Below are positions 1-12,394 of a DNA stretch of 64,000 bases, in pieces. The position numbers were made by a program, and so were the translations under genes. How positions within the stretch are numbered: the first letter of the stretch is position 1; the number at the start of each line of letters is the position of its first letter. Under the pieces are notes generated by a model. It was not told the origin of the DNA, made no database searches, and saw only the letters and a program-made list of their open reading frames with translations. This DNA comes from Leucoraja erinacea (taxonomy: Eukaryota), in assembly GCF_028641065.1 (NCBI RefSeq), contig NC_073412.1, positions 12,338,001 through 12,402,000 of the forward strand, written 5' to 3'.

Positions 1-553
1 AATTGTAGAGATGGTGCAGTACTTAATGTTAATTAGACTGCTCAATTAACCACAAAATGCTGCATTTGGATAAAGTTCATTGACGCACCTTTTTCTTTTG
101 GTTGATGGCAAATGAATGATTAGATCTTATTAGTTATTAGATCTTGAACAGGATGCACAGTGTTAGTGTGCAAATGCTCGTATATTCAAAAAGCTTTGCT
201 CTTTGCTACTTTCAAGGACAAATTAAGCTTCCCCTATTTACTGCGATTAAAACCAATTCAAATGAGGTCATTAAGTAACCATAAACTAAAGTATCATCAG
301 AATCTCAAAAGGATTGGAGTGAATTATTTTTGAAATTATTTCTAAATATAAAAGTTTTTTTTAATGTCAGTAACACACAAATTTGAAAATAATTGCAATC
401 TGAAACCATTAGTCAGTTTTCACATTTAGGCAGTGGATAATGTGCAAACCACATTGCTAGTATTTTCTAACTGCAAGTACTGTGTGTTTTATGTTCATTA
501 CATTAGTTATCTGGAATTTAACAGATGTAATTTAAACTTACCTTTTTCATCAG

Positions 554-719
554 GGAACATCATAATTTTCTTAAGCTATGTCTCAAACTGCTGTCCAACC
601 ATCTGGCCCTGGCTTTAGCTGGCGGTGTAGCTACCAGTATCCTTGGGAGACAGGCCAGACCACTGCGTAATCTGCTTTTCAGACTAATGGACTCCTCTGT
701 TCCTGATGAAATTCAAGAG
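554..719 (+). CDS. HERC1: HERC1 exon (EHHNFLKLCLKLLSNHLALALAGGVATSILGRQARPLRNLLFRLMDSSVPDEIQE)
   Basis: tttttcatcag acceptor, GAG|gtgagt donor; peptide matches HERC1. Confidence 0.95.
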
Positions 720-1970
720 GTGAGTTATTCTAGTCATTCTGTCTTGTTTGAATTTCTTATTGCCGGATTGGGACCTATGCTTTGAGTACCAGAAAGGAGC
801 CAGAACTGAAAGTATGTCTTTTTAAACGTCCCAATTGTATCTACAGGCAGATGTACAGAACCATAGTTGGAACAGATATCATGGGTCTATTTCTATGCTT
901 TACTGTTCAATTTGTTGTCAACCTCCTCTGGCAGCTTGTCTGTATACCCACCATTGTCTGCGGGTAACTCGGCGGGACAGGCAGCATCTCTGGATAGAAG
1001 GGATGTGTGACGTTTCGGGTCGAGACCCTTTAAATCTATACCCATACTCCATATGTGCAGGCCAACCAGCGATTTGTACAACTCTAACATGTCTTCCCAA
1101 ATCCTATACCCACTGCCTCAGCAGATGAAGGAAGGCAAGCACACAGCACATCATCTACATCTGTCGCCAATGATAGAATACATATTTTCAGTTCTTGAGT
1201 TCTATAATTCTTTACATCCAGTAAGAATGTACAACAAGTAGTGGTGCAACCAGCTCTGTTCACCGCCAACGTCTGTCTGAACAACTTGTTTAATAGACTC
1301 GTTCTTCATCTGGTAAACATCGTAGAGAATGCCCTCGAGGAAAGGACAATCAGAATGTAGCTTTGTGCCCCAGAGGAGAAACTCCTTTTATCATTCTAAT
1401 TATTTTTTTTCTTTGAGTTAGGGAAAATCCCTGACTCAATGCAACTGGTCTTCAGTAAATATAATCAGGAAGTATTGTTTGCGTGAATGATAAACAGCTA
1501 TACTGTTCTCAATGATTTCTGGACCAGAGGAATAACAATGAATCAGTGACGTATAACACTGAACAGTGGGACACAGGAACAGACTCTTCAGCCACAATGT
1601 CTACCGAACATGCTGCCAATTTAAACTAATCGCCTCTCGCTGCACGTAGTTAATATCTCTCCATTCCTTGCATATTCAGCAGCTATCTAAAAGCCATTAT
1701 CATACTTGCTTCAACCACCACCCACCCCTGGCAGTGTATTCCAGGCATCTTCCACTCTGTTTATATAAAAAAAATTAAAAAACTTGCTCTGTACATCCCC
1801 GTTTAACTTTCATCCTCTCACCTTAAAGCTTTCTGCTCCCACCTTGCATACTTTCTGCAATGAGGGCGCAAGGCAGTTTCAAATGAATTATCAGCATGAA
1901 TGCAACTTCTGTGTTTTATTGTCTTTTTGTGGGTGTAAAAGATGATAATGGTCATTATGCTCCTGTGCAG

Positions 1971-2096
1971 GCTGTTATAGAGACATTGTCTGTGGGTGCT
2001 ACGATGTTACTTCCACCACTGCGGGAAAGGATGGAGCTGCTACATGCACTGCTTCCACAGGGTCCTGATCGATGGGAAAGCTTAACAAAAGGACAG
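1971..2096 (+). CDS. HERC1: HERC1 exon (AVIETLSVGATMLLPPLRERMELL...KGQ)
   Basis: tgcag acceptor, CAG|gtaa donor, 126 nt. Confidence 0.96.
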
Positions 2097-2279
2097 GTAA
2101 AATCACTTCTTGCAATGTGCATAGATCTTCAAAATGTTTAATTGTTTTACTTCGACTCATTTTTGTTTATTTCTGGCATCTTTTATAACGTGTTATTTTA
2201 AAAAATATCCGCGGGTCCACTCAAAAATACAGACCTGGGTATTGGAGAGACTGTCAAATTAGATTACTCTGATTTTGGA

Positions 2280-2576
2280 GTTTAGAGATACAGCACGGAT
2301 ACAGGCCCTTTGGCCCACTGAGTCTGTGCTGACCAGTGATCACCATACAATAGCATTATCCTACACACTAGGGACAATTAAAATGTTTTACCAAAGCCAA
2401 TGAACCTACAAACCTGCACATCTATGGAGTGTGGGTGGAAACCGGAGCACCCGTGAAAACCCATGTGGTCACAGGGAGACCGTACAAACTCCCTACAGAC
2501 AGCACCCGTAGTCACAATCAAACCAGGGTCTCTGGTGCTGTGAGGCAGCAACTGTACTGCTGTGCCAGCATGCCGC
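2280..2576 (-). mobile_element. HE1-like V-SINE
   Basis: tRNA-like head, V-domain (gagtttgtacg..ctccggtttc), gtatctctaaact tail on the minus strand. Confidence 0.85.
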
Positions 2577-3713
2577 CTCTGATGTCTAGATTATCTAAAT
2601 ATATTTTGCTGTTCCCACTTGTCTGAAAGCGATGCAGTAGAAAAATTGCAACTGAAGTACAACAGCATCTAGTTTCAGCATCACTGAAAACATCATTATC
2701 AACCATGATCCGAGGCCTTGTGTGTAACTGGTCTGGTATTGCACTCTTTCAGCTGCCAGTGCTGCTGTCCGTGGCTGGCTTAAGCCTTTGGTCAGTTGTG
2801 GAGGGCGCGGCTCAGCAGCCAGAAGCTCTATCCGGCCTATCCTAAGAGTAGAGGAGCATTGGGGCCTTTGTCCTGGAAGCTGGAGTAATTTGCAGGCTGA
2901 TAGTGAGGTGGATCTGGACTGGTTATATGAGATTTGTGTGCTGGAATGTGGGGGCATTGTGTTGGAAGTAGGTGAAAGCGCCATAGGGATTATGCCTGCT
3001 GTTATTGTGCAAGAAATGATGGCATGAGGGAATTGAGTTCAGGATCAAGTCGAGGACGTGTAGAATATAGTAGGTATTCCAGTTTGGCACAGTAATGGTG
3101 AAATCTGAGCAAAGGTGGTCCAGGTTTCCCTCCAAAAGGTGTGTTGTCCCTTCATCCAAATCACATCCAAGGACACGGGTGACAAGCTGGAAGTCTCCGG
3201 TTAGCATTTCCAGACTGCTGACCAAGATGTGGTTGTTGTTGTACAACTCCTCCCCCTTCTGTCATGGGGTAGACTAAAGGGCCTGTCCCACTGGCCGTCA
3301 TTTACGCGACAGGCCAGCAGTGACGGTCGCGAGCGTCATCATGTGTCCGCACCGCCGTCTGGAGCACGTGACATCATTTGAAGATAGACACAAAATGCAG
3401 GAGTAACTCAGCGAGACCGCCAGCATCTCTGGAGAGAAAGAATGGATGATGTTTTGGGTCGAGAACCTTCTTCAGTCTGACTAAATAGAGAATAAATCCA
3501 TTATTCTGCCTTGTACTAGCAAATAACAAACAGAATTATTTACATCCTCGACAGTATAGTTGTAATTTACAAAGCTATTAAATTTAATTTTCCGAGCGAC
3601 TGACCATAACAAAAACATGAATATTTTGGGTAAATGCTTGTTGGTCTTTCCACTCTGTTCAAATGTATGGCCATATTATCTTAATAGATTATTATTAATA
3701 CTTTTTTTTCCAG

Positions 3714-3932
3714 AGAATGCAGCTGGATATTATTCTCACCAGCTTGCAGGACCACACCCACGTGGCTTCTTTGCTGGGTTACAGCTCTCCTCCCGATGTT
3801 GAAGCCTCCTCTACAGGGCCAAGTTACAGCAGCTTCCCTGACACATCGTTCACCTCCCAGGCCAGTCATCCTGATACTCATTTGGCAGAGATCTTGATGA
3901 AAACACTGCTGAGGAATTTAGGATTCTACACA
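3714..3932 (+). CDS. HERC1: HERC1 exon (RMQLDIILTSLQDHTH...RNLGFYT)
   Basis: ttttttttccag acceptor, ACA|gtaagc donor, 219 nt. Confidence 0.96.
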
Positions 3933-4096
3933 GTAAGCATCTTCCTAATTACTAATGTGTTGATTTAATTTAATTTTTGTTTTGTTATAACATAGTATTT
4001 GGACAGGAAATTCTTTATACTTAATACAATATCTTCAATAAGTTTGCCCAAAATGTTTTGCCTAACTAATGCTCCTGAGAGTTTTTTTCAAATCCT

Positions 4097-7000
4097 TTGC
4101 GGTCCCCTGCGGTCATCTCCCTCCTAAACAGGTATACCATTTTGGATACTGTTGGGGGAGATGGCTCATCAGGGGAAGGCAGCAGTAGCCAAGTTCATGG
4201 CACCATGGGTGGCTCTGCGGCACAGGAGGGGAGAAAAAAGAGTAGAAGGGCAATAGTAATATGGGATTCAATTGTAAGGAGAATAGATAGGCGTTTCTGC
4301 GGCCGCAAACAAGACTCCAGGATGGTATGTTGCCTCCCTGGTGCAAGGGTCAGGGATGTCACTGAACGGCTGCAGAACATTCTGGAGGGGGAGGGTGAAC
4401 AGCCAGTTGTCGTGGTGCATATTGGCACCAACGATATAGGTAAAAAAAGGGATGAGGTCCTACAAGGTGAATTTAGGGAGCTTGGAGATAAAAGTAGGAC
4501 CTCAAAGGTAATAATACCAGTGCTACGGGCTAGTCAGAGTAGAAATAGGAGGATATTGCAGATGAATACGTGGCTTGAAAAATGGTGCAAGGGGGAGGGA
4601 TTCAAATTTCTAGGGCATTGGAACCAGTTCTGGGGGAGGTGGGACCAGTACAAACAGGACGGTCTGCATCTGGGCTGGAATGGAACCAATGTCCTTGGGG
4701 GAGTGTTTGCTAGTGCTGTCGGGGAGGATTTAATGTGGCAGGGGGATGGGTGCAAGAGCAGAGAGGCAGAGGGGTGTAAAATGAGGGTAGAAGGAATAGG
4801 TAGCAAGGTGAAAAGTAAAAGTGGCAGGCAGACAAAACCAGGGCAAAAATCAAAAAAGGACCACTTTTCAACATAATTGTATAAGGGGTAAGAGTGTTGT
4901 AAAAACAAGCCTTAGGCTTTGTATCTTAATGCAAGGATCATTCGTAATAAGGTGGATGAGTTGAATATGCAGATAGTTATTAATGAATATAGTTGGGATC
5001 ACGGAGACATGGCTCCAGGGTGACCAAGGCTGGGAGCTGAACACCCAGGGATATTCAATATTCAGGAGGGATAGACAGAAAGGAAAAGGAGGTGGGGTAG
5101 CGTTGCTGGTTAGAGAGGAGATTAATGCAATAGAAAGGAAGGACATTAGCTTGGAGGACGTGGAATCGGTATGGGTAGAGCTGCAAAACACTTAAGGGGC
5201 AGAAAACGCTAGTGGGAGTTGTGTACAGGCCACCTAACAGTAGTAGTGGAGTTGGGGATGGCATCAAACAGGAAATTAGAAATGCGTGCAAAAAAGGTAA
5301 AACAATTATAATGGGTGACTTCAATCTACATATAGATTGGGTGAATCAAATTGGCAGGGGTGCTGAGGAAGAGGATTTCTTGTAATGTATGCGGGATAGT
5401 TTTCTAAACTAACATGTAGAGGAACCAACGAGAGAGCAGGCTATTCAAGATAGTCTGGCAAATTATTCTTAGAGGGTCGACGGTGGATATGCAATGGAAG
5501 GCATTTAAAAACTGCATGGATGAACTACAACAATTGTTCATCCCAGTTTGGCAAAAGAATAAATCGGGAAAGGTAGTGCATCCGTGGATAACAAGGGAAA
5601 TCAGGGATAGTATCAAAACAAAAGATGAAGCGTACAAATTAGCCAGAAAAAGCAGCCTACCAGAGGACTGGAAGAAATTCAGAGTCCAGCAGAGGCTTAA
5701 TTAGGAAAGGGAAAATAGATTATGAAAGAAAACTGGCAGGGAACATAAAAATTGACTGCAAAAGTTTTTATAGATATGTGAAGAGGAAAAGATTAGTTAA
5801 AACAAATGTAGGTCCCTTGCAGTCAGAAACAGGCGAATTGATCATGGGGAACAAGGACATGGCAGACAAATTGAATAACTACTTTGGTTCCGTCTTCACT
5901 AAGGAAGACATAAATAATCTGGCGGCAATAGCAAGGGACCGGGGGTTAAATGAGATGGAGGAACTGAGTGAAATCCAGGTTAGCTGGGAAGTGGTGTTAG
6001 GTAAATTGAATGGATTAAAGGCCGATAAATCCCCAGGGCCAGATAAGTTGCATCCCAGAGTACTTAAGGAAGTAGCCGCAGAAGTAGTGGATACACGTGA
6101 TAAATTTTCAAAACTCTTTAGATTCTGGAGTAGTTCCTGAGGACTGGAGGGTAGCTAATGTAACCCCACTTTTTAAAAAGGGAGGGAGAGAGAAAACGGA
6201 GAATTACAGACCAGTTAGTCTAACATTGGTGGTGGGGAAAATTCTGGAGTCAGTTATTAAAGATGGGATAGCAGCACATTTGGAAAGTGGTGAATTCATT
6301 GGACAAAGTCAGCATGGATTTATGAAAGGTAAATCATGTCTGACGAATCTTATAGAATAGTAATTAGTAAAGTGGATAATGGAGAACCAGTGGATGTGTT
6401 ATATTGGGACTTTCAGAAGGCTTTCGACAAGGCTTTCGACAAGGTCCCACATAAGAGATTAGAATACAAACTTAAGGCACACGGTATTGGGGGTTCAGTA
6501 TTGATGTGGATAGAGAACTGGCTGGCAGACAGGAAGCAAAGAATAGGAGTAAACGGATCCTTTTCAGAATGGCAGGCAGTGACTAGTGGGGTACCGCAAG
6601 GCTCAAGGCTGGGACCCCAGCTATTTACAATATATATTAATGATCTGGATGAGGGAATTGAATGCAACATCTCCAAGTTTGCGGATGACATGAAGCTGGG
6701 GGGCAGTGTTAGTTGTGAGGAGGATGCTAGGAGGCTGCAAGGTGACTTGGATAGGTTGGGTGAGTGGGCAAATGCACGGCAAATGCAGTATAATGTGGAT
6801 AAATGTGTTATCCAGTTTGGTGGCAAAAACAGGAAAGTAGACTATTATCTGAATGGTGGCCGATTAGGAAAAGGAGAGATGCAACGAGATCTGGGTGTCA
6901 TGGTACACCAGTCATTGAGTGTAAGAATGCAGGTGCAGCATGCAGTGAAGAAAGCAAATGGTATGTTAGCATTCATAGCAAAAGGATTTCAGTATAAGAG

Positions 7001-7595
7001 CAGGGAGGTTCTACTGCAGTTGTACAGGGTCTTTGTGAGACCTGGAGTATTACATACAGTTTTGGTCTCCTAATCTGAGGAAAGACATTCTTGCCATAGA
7101 GGGAGTGCAGAGAAGGTTCACCAGACTGATTCCTGGGATGGCAGGACTTTCATATGAAGAAAGACTGGGTAGACTCGGCTTGTACACACTAGAATTTAGA
7201 AGATTGAGGGGGGATCTTATAGAAACTTACAAAATTCTTAAGGGGTTGGACAGGCTAGATGCTGGAAGCTTATTCCCGATGTTGGGAAAGTCCAGAACTA
7301 GGGGTCACAATTTAAGGATAAGAGGGAAGTATTTTAGGACTGAGATGAGAAAATCATTTTTTATACAGAGAGTGGTGAATCTGTGGAATTCTCTGCCACA
7401 GAAGGTAATTGAGGCCAGTTCATTGGCTAGATTTAAGAGGGAGTTAGATGTGGCCCTTGTGGCTAAAGGGATCAGGGGGTATGGAGAGAAGGTAGGGATG
7501 GGATACTGAGTTGGATGATCAGCCATGATCATATCGAATGGCGATGCAGGCTCGAAGGGCCGAATGGCCTACTCCACCTATTTTCTATGTTTGTA
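4097..7595 (+). mobile_element. CR1-clade LINE (HER1-like), 5'-truncated and decayed: ORF1 esterase, ORF2 endonuclease + RT
   Basis: ORF1 IVIWDSIVR / VVHIGTND / DGLHL (SGNH esterase); ORF2 IVGITETW, MGDFN, KSPGPD, YRPVSL, GVPQGS, FADD; stops and frameshifts; 3' UTR ending ttctatgt. Confidence 0.93.
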
Positions 7596-8737
7596 TGAAA
7601 GAAAAGCAAGGGAGAATGTGACATAATTTGTCATCAGCTATCTTGCAGGAATATTGCACCTGTATTTATTCTATTTGACAATTGGATGATCCTTGTATAA
7701 GATGGTTATCAGCCAGAGTCCTTTTACCTATTGGCATGATTTAACCCATGTGTGTGTTAAGTAGGTGGTACTTTTTTATTTTCTCAACTATTATGTGCAA
7801 GAGTGTCTTAATTTTCCATATATAACACAGGTGAGGCTTGAGGATCAGACGTGATGGGAAGTGTGCAGGAAGGAACTGTAGATGCTGGTTTACACTGACT
7901 GTAGACACAAAATGCTGGAGTAACTCAGTGGGTCAGGCAGTATCTTTGAATAACGGTATAGGTGACGTTTCAGGTCGGAGCCCTTCTTCCGTTTGAATTT
8001 GGCTTTGAAAATTCTATTGTTGAAGAATTTCTGGTCAGAGAAATGTCAGCTTGTTGGTCTAATATAATTGACACAAAGCCAAGGACAAAGACAAAGAATA
8101 TTATTTGAGACATGGAAGCAGGGAAGTTAGAAAATCATAAGATTAAATGGAGTCAATCTAATATGGTGAAATGGAAATTGTGTATGACAAAGCTAATAGA
8201 TTTTTGAAGAAATAACTACCAAGGTGAATAAAGGAGAACAAATCGATGTATGTTTGCATTTTTAAAGTGCATTTGGTAAGATTCCATGCAAGAAGTTGTT
8301 ATACAAGGTTAAGCTTCAAAGATGTTGGCATGAATTAAAGGTTTATTTACGAGGAGGAAGCTAGATTGTAGATATAAGCAGGTAATTTCTGAAAGGCTGT
8401 GGGGCACTGTAAAGATGATTGCCTGCTATTTACAATCTGTCTAATGACTTAATTACTCCAGCTTCTGTGTCTACGGTTTAAACCAGCATCTGCAGTTCCT
8501 TCCTACTTGGTTGAGTTGACTGATTGTCGCATCCAGTTGCTGTTGATGGAAAACTTGGTAGGAAGGCAAACGGATGAAATTCAAACTTTTTGAGGAAGTA
8601 CGACAGACATAGAGAATAAACAAGAAGACGGATAATGTTTAATGTGGACAAATGCAGAATTGTCCACAGAGTAATAGAAAATTAGAAAATATTTTTTAAA
8701 GTGGGTGAGTAATAAATATTGGTGTCTGGAAGAGTTA

Positions 8738-9045
8738 AGGGCCTGTCCCACTGTACAAGGTAATTCAAGAGTTCTCCCGAGTTTCCCCTGATTTGAACTT
8801 GGAGAATTACGGTAAAAGCTGTTCGTAGGTACTCGGGGGCTCACGTGGACATTTTTCACAGTGCTAAAAGAACTTCATGAGTTTCCTCGCTTCCCGAGTA
8901 CCTGCCGTTAGCATTACGAGCCGCTACGGGACATCCACGAGCTCCGACGTAGCCGCTACGTACATTCTATGTACTTACCATGAGTTTGATTTTTTTTTAA
9001 ACTCAGGAGAACTCTTGAATTACCTCGTACAGTGGGACAGGCCTT
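8738..9045. mobile_element. PIF/Harbinger-type MITE
   Basis: ~40-bp TIR starting AGGGCCTGTCCCACT; TTA on both sides. Confidence 0.85.
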
Positions 9046-9108
9046 TTAGGGTGTCACAAAGTGATTACATGATGCAGCAAGCAGTCAAGTCAAGAGAGTT
9101 TATTGTCA

Positions 9109-9319
9109 GTTACACAAAAAAAAGCTGGAGAAACTCAGCGGGTGCAGCAGCATCTATGGAGCGAAGGAAATGGGCAACGTTTCGGGCCGAAACCCTTGGT
9201 TTCGGCCCGAAACGTTGCCTATTTCCTTCGCTCCATAGATGCTGCTGCACCTGCTGAGTTTCTCCAGCTTTTTTTTGTGTAACCTTCGATTCTCCAGCAT
9301 CTGCAGTTCCTTCTTAAAC
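9109..9319. mobile_element. PLE-derived fold-back insertion; 14-bp TSD
   Basis: TSD agagtttattgtca at 9095-9108 and 9320-9333; ~85-bp near-perfect inverted arms plus a ~36-nt unpaired tail. Confidence 0.88.
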
Positions 9320-11225
9320 AGAGTTTATTGTCATGTGTCCCAGATAGGACAATGGAATTCTTGCTTGCTGCAGCACAACAGAATATAGTAAGCAAAAAGT
9401 TCAGTTCAGTATACACATAAATAAGCAGATAAAGTGCAAGAGACTGTTACAGCTCAGAGTCTGTTTGTTGGCGAGTTTAATAGCCTGATGGCTGTGAGGA
9501 AGTAGCTGTTCCTGAACCTGGTTAAGAAGGTAATTAGCAGGTTTATTTTTTATTTTTGAGCGATTGGGCCACAACACTGAGGAAAGGGGTTGTATAGGGG
9601 GGGATACAGTGGCTTCTCATTGTCCAAGGAAAGAAAGTGGATGCTCAATCAACAAGTATATTCAAGGAAAGGCAATGTGCTGCAGTAACTCAGTGGGTCA
9701 GGCAGCATCTCTGGAGAACGTGGATAGCTGGTGTTTTGGTTCAGGATCCTTCTTCAATAGCATCCAGAGAACGTATTAAAGACTTGGAGTGATAGATATA
9801 TTTGGGCACTGAGAAAGAATATCTGAACAGGGTGGGCAAGTAGTATTATTGACTAATTCTTATTTAATGGTGGAAATTAAAACAACGTTGGAAGAATATG
9901 GCAGATCAAGCAGCAGCAATGGAGGCAAAGATGTGGGGCGACATTTTGGGTCAAGATTCTGTAATGGAAGTGAGTCTTGATATTGGCTTATTATTGTGAC
10001 ATGCACTGAGAACATTATGTGCTATCCAGTCAAATTATGCCTTGCGTGAGTACAGTCGAGCTGTGCACTAGTACAACAGGTATAGAATATTGTGTCGTAC
10101 TGTTATAGGGTTAAGTTGAAGGAAGTGCAGATTGAAAAACAAAGTGGAAGATCGGGCCTACATCCTAGCTTCTGTGAGGACCATTTGGTCGGATAGCAGT
10201 GGGACAGATGATGTTCTTGAATCTGGTGCTGCGTGTTTTCAAGCTTTTACATTTGAGAAAATGATTGGGTTTAAAATGGTCCTTGAATATATTGGCCGCT
10301 TTCCTGACGGAATGTGAAATGTAGATGAGGAAGAGGCTGATTTGTGTGATGGACTGAGCTACATCCATACAGTAAATTTCTGTAATTTTTGTGATATTGG
10401 ACACAGCTGTTGCCAAACGAAGCTGAGATGGAATCAATAGGATGTTTTCTATGGTGCATCTGTAGAAGCTGCCAAGAGTAATTGGAAACAAGCTGAACTT
10501 CCTTATTCTTGCGAGGAAGTAGAGGCATTAGCGTGCTTTCTTACTCGTAGCTTCAACGTGATTAGTCCAGGACAAATTGTTGGTGGTATTTACGCCTTGA
10601 AGCTATTGAGCATCTCTACTTCAGTACCATTGATGCTGACTGGGGTTGTGTGCACCAATTAGCAAGACATGAATTCAGTGGGTGAGACCAGGCAGACAAA
10701 ATGAGCCTGACAAGGCTGTCCTGTTTCCGGATCACAGGTGAGAGATAAAATTGGGCAGTATGGGTTGAGGGTCTGTGGTTAGAGGCGAGAATTTCTGATG
10801 ACGTGAGACATATAACAATCTGGGAGATGGTGGCCTGATGTTCGCGAATGGGGTTAAGGTATGAGGTTTCAGAATGAAAGGCAGCTGGCCTTTTCCAGGT
10901 GGAGGTCAGAGCACCAGACTCCAACGGCAACCCCATTGTCTACAGGTTTCATGACCACCTTGGAATTGGTTTAAAGCGAGCAGAGGACTGCTTGTTTGGA
11001 GTGAGTAAGCTTGGAACGGGCGAGGGGAGTGAACAGACGCAGATGTCAGTGTTGAGTAAGCAAGTGGAAATGAAGAGATCCACAGAGGGCGCTGTTCAAG
11101 AGAAAGTTGTAACTTGAGAAGGAGGAGGAAACTTAAAAGGGCAAATACCCAATTCTTTTGTTTTTTGTTTCTTGTTTAAAAGTCATTAAATTGCTGCATT
11201 AAATATGATTATTATTCCTCTCTAG

Positions 11226-11378
11226 GATCAAGCTTTTGGAGAACTCGAAAAAAATAGTGACAAGCAACTATTGGGAACTTCATCAGCAGAAAACAGCCAG
11301 CCAGCTCACTTACACGAGCTCCTGTGCTCCCTGCAGAAGCAACTTCTGGCATATTGCCACAGCAACAGTGTCAATGAG
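11226..11378 (+). CDS. HERC1: HERC1 exon (DQAFGELEKNSDK...SNSVNE)
   Basis: ctctctag acceptor, GAG|gtaaac donor, 153 nt. Confidence 0.95.
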
Positions 11379-11468
11379 GTAAACATGGATTGCATTCAGC
11401 GTTTACTCAGCAATGTACATTTGAGATATCATCTTTTGTTACATGTAAAACTCTGCATGTGTTTTTAG

Positions 11469-11601
11469 AGCTCCAGCAGCGTGGCATTGTTACACAAACA
11501 CCTTCAGCTCTTGCTGCCTCATGCAACTGAGATTTACACCCGTTCTGCAACGCTGCTGAAGGAAAGCTCCTGGAATGGAAGTGTCCGGGACAAGCTTCAA
11601 G
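11469..11601 (+). CDS. HERC1: HERC1 exon (SSSSVALLHKHLQLLLPH...RDKLQ)
   Basis: tttttag acceptor after a 90-nt intron, G|gtac donor. Confidence 0.95.
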
Positions 11602-11681
11602 GTACAAATGACGTATTTGAACAAAACGTAGAACAGTACAGCACAAGAACAGGCCCTTCGGCCCACCGGTGGCTGCATTGA

Positions 11682-11985
11682 TTTAGTTTAGTTTAGAAAT
11701 ACAGCGCGGAAACAGGCCCTTTGGCCTACCGGGTCTGCACCGACCAGCGATCCCTGCACATTAACACTATCCTACACACACACACACTAGGGACAATGTT
11801 TACATTTACCAAGTCAATTTCCCTATATACCTGTACGTCTTTGGAATGTGGGATGAATGCGAAGATCTCTGAGAAAACCATGCAGGTCACGGGGAGACAG
11901 ACAAACTCCGTACAGACAGTAGTTGGGATCGAGCCCGGGTCTCTGAGGCTGCAAGGCAGCAACTCTATCGCTGTGTCACCGTGAG
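11682..11985 (-). mobile_element. HE1-like V-SINE
   Basis: Same family; (ctaaa)n tail. Confidence 0.87.
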
Positions 11986-12394
11986 GCCAATCTACATTAT
12001 TTGCATAGGGAGGAACTACAGATGCTGGTTTACATCAAAGATAGACACACATTGCTGGAGTAACTCAGTGGGATCAGCAGCATCTATGCAGAGAAGGAAT
12101 GGGTGACGTTTCAGGTCGAGACCCTTGAAATCTAATTGCATTTGTCCTGCGAAATCCACCATATTTCTCCATTTCCTGCCCGTTCATGTCTTGTCGAAGT
12201 ACTTCTTAAAAGTTGTCGTCATTTCGGGCGGTACATACAAGGCACATATCACGGACTATTACGGGCGAGAAAAGGCCAGAACATATCAGGGCTGGCGACA
12301 GATGACCTCGGGAAGGGTGGAGTCTATAATGGCCATTGTTGGCTGGGGAAGTTGAGCTTATTGAGTAAGGATACTTGATTTGAAGTTGCATATA

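Noticed and set aside
9109-9319. CRISPR array or rho-independent terminator reading of the hairpins
   Set aside because: Eukaryotic intron; no repeat-spacer periodicity; the hairpins derive from a PLE pseudo-LTR.
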